Shown piece after piece: positions 36,797 to 44,565 of a stretch of DNA of 46,919 nucleotides (its first letter is position 1; every line of letters begins with the position of its first letter). The DNA lies in the IMG/VR virus record IMGVR_UViG_3300046788_000219, positions 1-46,919 of that record; one strand, given 5' to 3'. A model generated the notes under the pieces. It did not search any database. It was not told the DNA's origin and was given only the letters and a program-made list of their open reading frames with translations. This DNA comes from a virus (Duplodnaviria > Caudoviricetes). The position numbers and the translations under genes were made by a program.

Positions 36797-37018
36797 ATGA
36801 AAGATTTGATCCTGGTTGATCGAAGGATTTGCGCGATCGCGCTTTTCGTCGCGCTCGTTTGCGGCTTCGTCGCTGGCCATTTCTGGGCAAGAAACACCAT
36901 GCCGTCAGGTTGGAATTGTCCCTGTCGGTCATTTGGCAGCAAGTGTCAATGCGGTCCTGAATGTGTGAGCGAGAGCGGAGAGTTCGGCAAAGTCGGCTGC
37001 AGCAAGTGCCCACGATAA
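36797..37018 (+). CDS. Membrane-anchored Cys-rich protein
   Basis: TM helix, then CPC..CQC..C..CSKC. Confidence 0.65.
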   Translation: MKDLILVDRRICAIALFVALVCGFVAGHFWARNTMPSGWNCPCRSFGSKCQCGPECVSESGEFGKVGCSKCPR

Positions 37019-37060
37019 TAGCGCACGGACGCGCGGACAGAGCACAGCGAAAGGATTCGC

Positions 37061-37708
37061 ATGGATCGCCTCACTTCCCTCCTGGCGGCCGTCCTGGTCG
37101 CAGCCTCGGTCGGCGGCACGCGCGCACCCGACGGCACCGAAATTCACGTCGACATGCCGCCCGAGTTGCAGATGCACAACACCGGCGGCAGCGATGGCCC
37201 GCGCGGACCCGGAAGCGGCAGCGGGCTCTGCGTCTTCACCTCCACGGAACACGCCGGCATCTGGCAGGGAATCGACTCGCTCAAGGGCTTCCAGAAGTGG
37301 ATGACCCACTACCCGGGCGGCGGCACGCCCGACAAGCTCGCGAAGATGATCAAGCGGCGCTGCGCCGAGTTGAACATCCCCGAGCCGGTCTACATCCAGG
37401 TCGAAGGCTGGGACCCAGATATCCTCAAGGCTGCCTGCAAGGGCGGACGAATGCCGTGCATCACCTACGCCCAGAGCCCCACGGGGCGATACGGCGGGGC
37501 GCGCATCGCCCACATGGTGAATCTAGTTCACTTCGATGAGCGCGGCAACGTCGCGATCCTCGACAACAATTATCCGTGCTCGGCGAAGAAGCCGAACAAC
37601 TACGAATGGATGGACGCGGCGACGTTCAAGCGCGTGCATTCGATGGGCGGGGCGTGGAGCGTGGTGTTCTTCGAACCGGGGCCTCCGCCGCTTCCGAGGA
37701 ACCCATGA
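37061..37708 (+). CDS. Exported papain-fold (C39-like) cysteine peptidase
   Basis: Signal peptide; GSGLCVFTS (Cys), AHMVNLV (His), ILDNNYP (Asp/Asn). Confidence 0.7.
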   Translation: MDRLTSLLAAVLVAASVGGTRAPDGTEIHVDMPPELQMHNTGGSDGPRGPGSGSGLCVFTSTEHAGIWQGIDSLKGFQKWMTHYPGGGTPDKLAKMIKRRCAELNIPEPVYIQVEGWDPDILKAACKGGRMPCITYAQSPTGRYGGARIAHMVNLVHFDERGNVAILDNNYPCSAKKPNNYEWMDAATFKRVHSMGGAWSVVFFEPGPPPLPRNP

Positions 37709-38193
37709 AAACCGATCATGACGCCATCCACGCGGAGGAGCACGGCGTTCGCCGCTCTCCGCGCTGGCCTGCCGTGGAGCGGGCCTTCCTGAAGGCGAAG
37801 CCCTGGTGCGAGTGCTGCGGGCGGGACAAGGTTCTGCCGCGGGGCGTGCAGGTCCATCATTGCTTCCCGTTTCATTTCGCCATCCTTCTCGGGAGGCCGG
37901 ATCTGGAGTTGGACCCGCGCAATCTCATCGGTCTGTGCGAGACAGAGAAGGGCATCATCCTGCCCTGCCATCACGTTCTGCTGGGCCATTTGGATTTATT
38001 CAAAAGCTACAACGCGCACGTCCGCGAGGACGCCGCCCACCGTTACCACGGCTGGAGCGCGGCCCAGATCAAGGCGTGCCCGGTCTGGCAAGCGATGGTT
38101 GCGAGCAGGCCGAAACTCTGGCAGGACATGACCGACGAAGACAAGCGCGCCATGCGCGCGGCGATGGATCGGCTGTTACCTCGGAGTGCGTGA
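37705..38193 (+). CDS. HNH endonuclease
   Basis: RSPRW, CECCG, VHH, LDPRNLIGLC, CHHVLLGH. Confidence 0.85.
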   Translation: MKTDHDAIHAEEHGVRRSPRWPAVERAFLKAKPWCECCGRDKVLPRGVQVHHCFPFHFAILLGRPDLELDPRNLIGLCETEKGIILPCHHVLLGHLDLFKSYNAHVREDAAHRYHGWSAAQIKACPVWQAMVASRPKLWQDMTDEDKRAMRAAMDRLLPRSA

Positions 38194-38196
38194 GCG

Positions 38197-38382
38197 ATGA
38201 GCGAACTCCTCCCCGGAGATACGCCGGTAATGTGCAGCGCCTGCGACTGGCGCGGCGACTTCCGCGAAGCGGTCATGCCGCTCGACCGGGCGCCGATGTG
38301 CCCCGTGTGCTCGGAGCCGGTTCGGCAGGGCGGGGAGCAGCGCCCGCACTTCGATCTGTGGAGCGACCTCGCCGACAAGTGA
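38197..38382 (+). CDS. Small Zn-ribbon protein
   Basis: CSAC, CPVC. Confidence 0.6.
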   Translation: MSELLPGDTPVMCSACDWRGDFREAVMPLDRAPMCPVCSEPVRQGGEQRPHFDLWSDLADK

Positions 38383-38452
38383 CCCTGGAACGGCGCGCGT
38401 GCTAACCTCGCCTCAGCCTTCGGGCCCGAATCCGAATTCAAACGAGGGGATC

Positions 38453-39439
38453 ATGAAATCCGCTTCGCTCTTTCTGCTGGTTGCCGCAGTGACCTATCTC
38501 GGCACGATGTACGCCATCGCCGGTATTGTTGCCGTCGTCGCGGCCGTGCTCACCGGAATCGCCATCGTCTGCAAGCAGTCGAAGCTGTTCTTTCGCGCGG
38601 CCTTCGGCGTCTGCCTGCTGGGCTGCCTGATCACGGCCGCAACCTGGGCCACGGCGAGCAACGCCCTGATGCCCCCGATGACCAAGGGAACCTCGATCCC
38701 CGGCGGTCATTGGGTCGCGCACGAGGAAGACGCCGCGTGCTACGGCTACTTCGTGGGCGGCGTTCAAGTCGCCTATTACGACTCGGACCTTGATCTCTAT
38801 CGCACCTACGATGCCGCTACGGAAGGCTTTGGCCCGGAGCAGATTCCGCCCTGGGGTCGGCGCATGAAGGCCGAGCCGCGCGACGGGTTCAACTTCGGCA
38901 ACGACTACAAGAAAAATGCGAAACCGGCCGGCGACGAGAAGCCGAAATATCGCATCCAGGGCAAGCCCGTCTCGCGCGAGGAAGCCGTCGAAACGATTCA
39001 GACGGGCAAGATCCCCGACGACTCGGGCAAACTCAGGGTGACGGTGATCGGCGCCCAGACGGAGCGCGATCGCGTTTCGGGTGACCTAATGACCTCGCCG
39101 AGCTTCAAGGACCTGCGCGCCGATCTGGTCTGCAAGTTCTACCCGGCGAATGCCTGGGAAGTCTCGAAAGGCTTTTTCACGGCCGGGCATCCGACCATCT
39201 ATGGGCAGTACCCGGACGGCAAGGTCTTTCACCGGCAGGACGATTACGAGGGCGGCGCAGAGGCGCTCGCCGATGCGATTCGCCAGGCCGATCCGAATTA
39301 TGACCCCGCCAAGGATACCGACGCGCGGAGCGGCACATTTTCCGGCATCCTGAACGCGATCAAGGGCGAAAGCCAGTCGGCCGGCTGGGGGCTCGGGATC
39401 TTCTCGATTCTGGCCGTCGTCCTTCGCCGGTATGCCTGA
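38453..39439 (+). CDS. Membrane protein: N-terminal TM helices, large soluble domain, C-terminal TM
   Basis: GAGGGGA RBS; hydrophobic segments at both ends. Confidence 0.75.
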   Translation: MKSASLFLLVAAVTYLGTMYAIAGIVAVVAAVLTGIAIVCKQSKLFFRAAFGVCLLGCLITAATWATASNALMPPMTKGTSIPGGHWVAHEEDAACYGYFVGGVQVAYYDSDLDLYRTYDAATEGFGPEQIPPWGRRMKAEPRDGFNFGNDYKKNAKPAGDEKPKYRIQGKPVSREEAVETIQTGKIPDDSGKLRVTVIGAQTERDRVSGDLMTSPSFKDLRADLVCKFYPANAWEVSKGFFTAGHPTIYGQYPDGKVFHRQDDYEGGAEALADAIRQADPNYDPAKDTDARSGTFSGILNAIKGESQSAGWGLGIFSILAVVLRRYA

Positions 39440-39478
39440 GACGGATTTTCCCAACCCTCCAAGGATGGAGTCTTTGAC

Positions 39479-39862
39479 GTGAATACGACCGCTCTTTTCT
39501 ATCTTGGCGCCGCCCTAGTGGGTTACTTCATCCGGCACAAGTTCCCGCCGGCCAGCAGCTCGCCCGCCGCGCCCGTGAGCCCGCCGGCCATCGTCGCCCC
39601 GGCCGTTCCCGGGATCGCCAACCCGTTCGCGCAGAATCACCCGGCCCTGACCGCGCTGCTCTCGCAGGGGGAGCAGGTCGTTCAGTCGGCGCTGCAGGAC
39701 TGGCTGGCCAATGGCCTTCCCGGCGCCGCGCCGGCCGCGAGCGCCACGCACCCGCTGCTGACGGCTGCGGACCAGATTCGGCAGATACTGCAGGCCGTGA
39801 GCACCATGCAGGCGCCCGCTGCGCCGGTGGTTACCCCGGTGGTTGTGCCGAAGCCTGCGTGA
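39479..39862 (+). CDS. Membrane-anchored Pro/Ala-rich protein
   Basis: GGAG RBS, GTG start, N-terminal TM. Confidence 0.75.
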   Translation: MNTTALFYLGAALVGYFIRHKFPPASSSPAAPVSPPAIVAPAVPGIANPFAQNHPALTALLSQGEQVVQSALQDWLANGLPGAAPAASATHPLLTAADQIRQILQAVSTMQAPAAPVVTPVVVPKPA

Positions 39863-39875
39863 TCGGGGGTGAGCC

Positions 39876-40085
39876 GTGGGCCCGCATACGGCCTGGGTGC
39901 GCCGGCTGTTCGAAAAGACCGTCTGGTCCCGGTTCGCCGTCGGGCCATGGGAGAAAGTCGCCTTCGCGAACTGCCGCGAAGAGTGCTTTGACGCGGTGGA
40001 ATACTGGATTCGGGACAATCCTTTCGAAGAGCGCGAGTGGGTCGTGATTCCGGGCGACAAGCCGCCCATGGGAGGGCCGAAGTGA
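39876..40085 (+). CDS. Hypothetical protein
   Basis: GGGGGTG RBS, GTG start, coupled stop. Confidence 0.55.
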   Translation: MGPHTAWVRRLFEKTVWSRFAVGPWEKVAFANCREECFDAVEYWIRDNPFEEREWVVIPGDKPPMGGPK

Positions 40086-40303
40086 TGGGAGCAAGCATGG
40101 GCTGGATGGCAGCCGTCAAGCTGGCCTGGGTGGCATATCAGGCGGCGAGCGCGGCCTTGAAGAAGCGCGACGCAGCCGGCAAGCCGAAAATCTTCGACCC
40201 GCAGAACAAGCGGCCGATCCTCGACACGCTTCGCGATCTGATTCACGATGGCCTGGTCGCCTATGACGGCCACGCGCCGCTGGACCCGCCGAAATCCGCC
40301 TGA
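40085..40303 (+). CDS. Hypothetical protein
   Basis: GGGAGG RBS, TGATG coupling. Confidence 0.65.
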   Translation: MGASMGWMAAVKLAWVAYQAASAALKKRDAAGKPKIFDPQNKRPILDTLRDLIHDGLVAYDGHAPLDPPKSA

Positions 40304-40327
40304 CCGACACGTCCCAATCTCCTCCGA

Positions 40328-40374
40328 GGCCCGGGTGAGCCGAGAGCGACGGCTCGCCTGGGTCTTCTTTATTT
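40328..40374 (+). terminator. Terminator ending the late operon
   Basis: GGCCCGGGTGAGCCG/CGGCTCGCCTGGGTC stem followed by TTCTTTATTT. Confidence 0.7.
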
Positions 40375-40409
40375 CCTGGCTTTCCCGCCTTCCCAGCCTC
40401 ATCTGTGCT

Positions 40410-40438
40410 ATGTCACAAGCTCCTTTTCGGGTTATACT
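40410..40438 (+). promoter_or_regulatory. Putative sigma70-type promoter
   Basis: ATGTCA-N17-TATACT. Confidence 0.55.
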
Positions 40439-40443
40439 TGTGC

Positions 40444-40568
40444 CGTTGGGAGAGCCGGTCTTCTCGGGTCTGCAGGCCCGGGGAGCCGGTGAACGAAGCT
40501 CTCTCCCAACCCCATCTCCCAACGCCTTCGTGACCGGGCGGCGCCTCCGGCAGCCGTCGCCCTGGTCA
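40444..40568 (+). ncRNA. Candidate structured leader or small RNA
   Basis: Two long stems plus alternative pairing partners immediately after the promoter. Confidence 0.45.
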
Positions 40569-40629
40569 GGATTCCACGTTCCGCTCCTGCTCGATCCGGC
40601 GCCGCGGCCGGTTGAGTTGAGGCTCCCGA

Positions 40630-41070
40630 ATGAAAAACGATGACAGTCTCGCAAAGGGTGCGCGCTCGCATGAGGGGTGCGACGTCAAACCCGTGGTGCA
40701 GGATGGCTCCGGCGATGCCCTGGATGTCCGGCTCGAGCCCACGGCGGAGGATCTTGTCGAAGCCCTCGAGGGCGACACCGAGCACGTCTTGAGCGTCGAG
40801 CAATGGGCCGAGCGGTTACGGCAGCTCGACGCGCGGGCCTTCGGGGATCGACCCAAGCCGCGGCAGGCCGCCCTGGTTCAGCCGGGCACTGAGGCGAAAA
40901 TCGCGATCATGCGGGAACGCATTGCGCGCGGGGAAGATCCCTTCGGGCCACGGGACCTCGAGGATGGCGCCGTGCCCCAGGCGGGGCGGGACATTCAGCG
41001 CGTGCGGAATGGGCGGGATAAGCGGCTGGGATACCGCAAGCTGACCGATCCGAAGGGAGGCGCGGCTTGA
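40630..41070 (+). CDS. Hypothetical protein
   Basis: PGTEAKIAIMRERIARGEDPF, a motif recalled from planctomycete proteins. Confidence 0.7.
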   Translation: MKNDDSLAKGARSHEGCDVKPVVQDGSGDALDVRLEPTAEDLVEALEGDTEHVLSVEQWAERLRQLDARAFGDRPKPRQAALVQPGTEAKIAIMRERIARGEDPFGPRDLEDGAVPQAGRDIQRVRNGRDKRLGYRKLTDPKGGAA

Positions 41071-41288
41071 AATTCATCTGCTGCAGTTCCGCCATGAGGC
41101 CCGGTCGATCAGGAAGTTGCGCTTTCGTTGTGCAGGCTGGCAACGAATATGAAGCCGTCGGAAAGGCGTTAACTATCGCGCGGAAGCTATGGCCGGCCGC
41201 TTCGGGGTTCGGCGACTATGCGGTAAGAGTGATTCGGCACGACGCAAAGCCGTTGGATCCAGACTCGGATATCGCTCCTCTCGCCTAG
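41067..41288 (+). CDS. Hypothetical protein
   Basis: GGGAGG RBS, TTGA overlap. Confidence 0.6.
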   Translation: MKFICCSSAMRPGRSGSCAFVVQAGNEYEAVGKALTIARKLWPAASGFGDYAVRVIRHDAKPLDPDSDIAPLA

Positions 41289-41300
41289 CTAGGAGACCGC

Positions 41301-42074
41301 ATGAGCGACGCCCCCCGACAAATCCGCCTGGACAGCCTCGGCGATCACCCCGACCTGCAAGCCCGCTGCGGTCTGGACATGGCGCATGTCGAGCGCCTCC
41401 GCGCCCAGCTCCGCGAAGACGGCGAACTTGACCCGATCAAGGTGATTCGCGAGGGCCGCACGAACTGGCCGTGGGACGGCCTGCACCGGGTCTACGTCTA
41501 CCGCGACGAGAAGCGGAAGACGATCTACGCCGACATGGCCCCGGGCACACTAGACGATGCGATCCTTCTAGCGATCGGCACGGCCAACCTCGGGAACAAA
41601 TGGCAGCTTCCCCGCTCGAGCGCCGACAAGCACCGGGCCGTGAGCATCGCCCTGCAGCGCGAGAGCTGGACCGAGTGGAACGCGAACAACCGCGAAGTCG
41701 CGCGGCGCTGTGGGGTGAGCGAAGGGCTCGTGCGGATCGTCCGGGGCGAACTGGCTGCGCAAATTACGCAGCGCACCGACGTGGCCGGCGGCGTGTCAGG
41801 GATTCGGCGGGAGGACTTCGACGCACTGAGCCCCGAAGCGAAGATCAGGCTGCAGCAGAAGTTAGAGGAGCGGGCACAGAAGCAACGGGAGGCAGAAGAG
41901 CGACGCGCGGCCGAATCCTGCGAAGAGACGCCGGACGTGGAAGTGGTCAGGCTGATGCTGCCCGGGGATCTGCTGGACCGGATCGACGCTGCGGCACGGC
42001 GTTCGCGGCGGGACCGGACAACGGAGATCCTACGGAACCTTGAGAAAAGCTACGGACAGAAGAAAGGCAGGTGA
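41301..42074 (+). CDS. ParB N-terminal-like domain + HTH + C-terminal RHH-like segment
   Basis: PIKV...DGLHRV; NREVARRCGVSEGLV; LPGDLLDRIDAAA...RTTEI. Confidence 0.78.
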   Translation: MSDAPRQIRLDSLGDHPDLQARCGLDMAHVERLRAQLREDGELDPIKVIREGRTNWPWDGLHRVYVYRDEKRKTIYADMAPGTLDDAILLAIGTANLGNKWQLPRSSADKHRAVSIALQRESWTEWNANNREVARRCGVSEGLVRIVRGELAAQITQRTDVAGGVSGIRREDFDALSPEAKIRLQQKLEERAQKQREAEERRAAESCEETPDVEVVRLMLPGDLLDRIDAAARRSRRDRTTEILRNLEKSYGQKKGR

Positions 42075-42077
42075 GTC

Positions 42078-42341
42078 GTGCCGACGCTCCGCAAGGGATT
42101 CGACTTCATCCAGGAGCTGAAAAACGCCCTCGGGATGCGCGACCGCTACATCCGCCGAATCGTCATCGACGCTGCCCACAACAGCGCCGTTTTGGTATAC
42201 GTCGAGGAATTCTTTGATGCGCGGGCGTCCGTCGAGGTGATTCGGATGCTCGGCGAAGAGGGGATCGAACGGGAACAGCGGCCGAATCACGTGATCGTGA
42301 TGGATGACCATGGGCGGCCCAGGACGGAGCCGGCGGCGTAA
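42078..42341 (+). CDS. Hypothetical protein
   Basis: AGGTGA RBS, GTG start. Confidence 0.65.
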   Translation: MPTLRKGFDFIQELKNALGMRDRYIRRIVIDAAHNSAVLVYVEEFFDARASVEVIRMLGEEGIEREQRPNHVIVMDDHGRPRTEPAA

Positions 42342-42353
42342 AAGGGAGACAGG

Positions 42354-42815
42354 ATGCTTGATCGACGTGCTTTCCTCGGAACTCTCTTCGCGGCTGTGCC
42401 GGCTCTCGGCGGTGGCGCCGCGTTGCTCGAAAGGCTCTGCGCCGAGCCGGAACCCGAGCCAGTATGGATTGAGAGCTTCAATATCATTCAGTGGGGATGC
42501 CGCCTTCGGTCGGGCCAGGAAACCACGATGGCCGAGATCAAGGGACCCTGTCGCTTCTACGATCTCGTCGCCTACTCCGACAGCCAGGGCGCCAACCTCT
42601 CCCCTATTGGCCTTTCGCTTCGCCGATCGACCGATCGACACCCGATGCGGCTTATGGCCTTTTCCCTCGATCCGCGTGCCTCGCTGCGGTGGATAGCCGC
42701 GCCGATGCAAGAAATCATCATTCCCGAGGGCGGCCGCGTGCTGGTACGCGGCATCTGCGAAACCGATCACATGTGGAGCGCGGGCGCCCTCGTCACCCGC
42801 CCGCTGGACTCATGA
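42354..42815 (+). CDS. Protein with a twin-arginine-like signal
   Basis: MLDRRAFLGTLFAAVPALGG; GGGAG RBS. Confidence 0.7.
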   Translation: MLDRRAFLGTLFAAVPALGGGAALLERLCAEPEPEPVWIESFNIIQWGCRLRSGQETTMAEIKGPCRFYDLVAYSDSQGANLSPIGLSLRRSTDRHPMRLMAFSLDPRASLRWIAAPMQEIIIPEGGRVLVRGICETDHMWSAGALVTRPLDS

Positions 42816-43045
42816 TCTACCAATTCCGCACGAAGGATCACCCCGAAGCAAACGGCCGCGCCGCCCAGGACAGCGAGCGGCAATACCGCTTCTTCTTCCC
42901 GCTGGAAGGCGGCGCCACGGTCGTGATTCTCGGCGGGCAGCGGATGCGCGATGCGCTGGTTGAAATGCTCAGGCAGGAGGATGCGGACGAGGCTGCCGAG
43001 CTGGCCCAGCGGGAGAGGGAGGAAGCGGGGGAACTGCCGTGGTGA
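42812..43045 (+). CDS. Hypothetical protein
   Basis: ATGA coupling; MIYQFRTKDHPE... Confidence 0.6.
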   Translation: MIYQFRTKDHPEANGRAAQDSERQYRFFFPLEGGATVVILGGQRMRDALVEMLRQEDADEAAELAQREREEAGELPW

Positions 43046-43214
43046 CCGTGTTTTTCAGCTGCCGCAGCTCGTGAATCACATGCTCCTCGTCGAATCGCAG
43101 CGTCCGCGGCGTCACCCGAATGACGGGAATCCTGCCGATCCGGACCCATTCCAGCAGCGTCCGCTTCGAAATCTGAAGCGACTCACACATCTGGCTAACC
43201 GTCTTCAAGCCCAT
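42969..43214 (-). CDS. Excisionase-like helix-turn-helix protein
   Basis: LQISKRTLLEWVRIGRIPVIR...LRFD; GGAGG RBS. Confidence 0.82.
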   Translation of the reverse strand: MGLKTVSQMCESLQISKRTLLEWVRIGRIPVIRVTPRTLRFDEEHVIHELRQLKNTVTTAVPPLPPSPAGPARQPRPHPPA

Positions 43215-43377
43215 GATTCCGCCCTCCGTGCGCTGCGTAAAATGCGCAGCGCGGCCCGGTTTCGTCGCGCGTAAATCCTACGCGGATGAAGCGGCCGGGT
43301 GCAATTTGCGGCGGGATTGGCTGGAGCGATAGCTTCGGGGCGCAACGAAGAAGCCCGGCTGGCAGGCCGGGCTTCAG

Positions 43378-43449
43378 GCTCCTGAAGCTCAAGGGATGAG
43401 CGGTCCTCTCGTAAGGGTCAGGTTGTGGGTTCGACTCCCACCAGGAGCA
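43378..43449 (+). tRNA. tRNA-Thr (CGT), CCA not encoded
   Basis: Acceptor GCTCCTG/CAGGAGC, D-arm GCTC/GAGC, anticodon loop CTCGTAA, T-arm GTGGG-TTCGACT-CCCAC. Confidence 0.85.
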
Positions 43450-43473
43450 GACGAAGTATACCACGGGCCGGGC

Positions 43474-43692
43474 TCATGAGGCCCTCGCCGTTTCCTTGCG
43501 GGGGCGTCCGAAGCTCTTCCGGGGGATCTTTGCGAGGTCAGGACGCCCAACATAGGCCGCAAGGGCCTTCGCCGTTAGCTCGCTCAGGGGCAGATCTTCC
43601 TTCAACGCTACCGCTCCGGCAACGCGCTTCAATTCAGGGTCGCAATAGACTCGAATATCTGCGGCCATTTTCACCTTCCTTTTGGTCGCCAT
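43474..43692 (-). CDS. Ribbon-helix-helix-like regulator with a GRPRK (AT-hook-like) tail
   Basis: IRVYCDPELKR...LPLSELTAKAL; AAGGA RBS. Confidence 0.7.
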   Translation of the reverse strand: MATKRKVKMAADIRVYCDPELKRVAGAVALKEDLPLSELTAKALAAYVGRPDLAKIPRKSFGRPRKETARAS

Positions 43693-43746
43693 AACCCATT
43701 CCTTTGAAATAGTATCCTGCGACCGCTCCACGTGCAAGAACAAAAA

Positions 43747-43790
43747 AAGAATAAGTTGTTTGACTTATTGGGGTCGAGTCTCTTATTCTT
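43747..43790. promoter_or_regulatory. Divergent promoter/operator region
   Basis: TTGACT-N18-TATTCT; inverted repeats AAGAATAAG/CTTATTCTT and AATAAGT/ACTTATT. Confidence 0.65.
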
Positions 43791-43988
43791 CTCCTGTCGC
43801 TCACGATCCTCACCAGATCATTGACGCGGCCCCGCGAGTGACGACACCCAGCGTTTAAAGCACGGGTGGACTACGCGGGCAGTCGCCTGAGGCAGGATGC
43901 CTCCGCTTGCCGGGCTGCTTTCGACATGGGGCAGCTCGGCAGGCAGGGCGGCTGGTTTTCGAACCTCTTACCCGAAAGGACGGCTTCC

Positions 43989-44192
43989 ATGCTCGGCCTG
44001 ATGAATCTCTTCTCCGCGATCGCCCGGCTCACTCGATCGATCAACCGCAGCGCCGACCTGTTCGACGCCGCCAACGAAGGGCTGGCGAAGCAGCTCGCCG
44101 TCGGGCCGGAGATCGAGCCCGAGGCGCCGGCGCTCACCAATGGACACGGGCGGGCGCCGAACGGGCGGAAGACGGTTGCGGCGCGGGAGTGA
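43989..44192 (+). CDS. Hypothetical protein
   Basis: AAAGGA RBS in a hairpin; MLGLMNLFSAIARL... Confidence 0.7.
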   Translation: MLGLMNLFSAIARLTRSINRSADLFDAANEGLAKQLAVGPEIEPEAPALTNGHGRAPNGRKTVAARE

Positions 44193-44387
44193 TCATCCCT
44201 TCTGCGGCGTTCCTTGCTTGAGGGCTTCGATGTCCTTCTCCAGCTCCTGCACGCGATCCGCGAGCTTCATGCACAGATCCCGCCAGCGGGCGGCCGTTTC
44301 TGTCGCCGTGGGCCATTCGCGGGGAGGAAGGGCTCGAACGTCCTCAAGCAGCGCCTGCACGTTTTCCGCATACGATTTTGATACCAT
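44193..44387 (-). CDS. Small coiled-coil protein
   Basis: GAGGT RBS; convergent with the previous gene. Confidence 0.55.
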   Translation of the reverse strand: MVSKSYAENVQALLEDVRALPPREWPTATETAARWRDLCMKLADRVQELEKDIEALKQGTPQKG

Positions 44388-44471
44388 CCGTGGAACCTCG
44401 TCACAGGGGTCCCCGCGTCCGGCGATTGACCACAAGACGATAGCCGGCGCGGGGTTTTTGATTTCCCCAGA

Positions 44472-44513
44472 TGGGCGCTACAGGATTCGAACCTGTGACC
44501 CCCAGCGTGTCGA
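44472..44513 (-). other. attP core: 3' half of tRNA-Val(GAC)
   Basis: Minus strand TCGACAC-GCTGG-GGGTC-ACAGG-TTCGAAT-CCTGT-AGCGCCC-A, ~50 nt past the integrase stop; no 5' half present. Confidence 0.85.
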
Positions 44514-44565
44514 TGCGGGGATCTGGGTAAGTGCGCCCCGTATTCTGGAGACGGGGCGCAGCGCG

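Noticed and set aside
44472-44545. Complete tRNA-Val gene
   Set aside because: D-arm and 5' acceptor strand are absent; interpreted as attP
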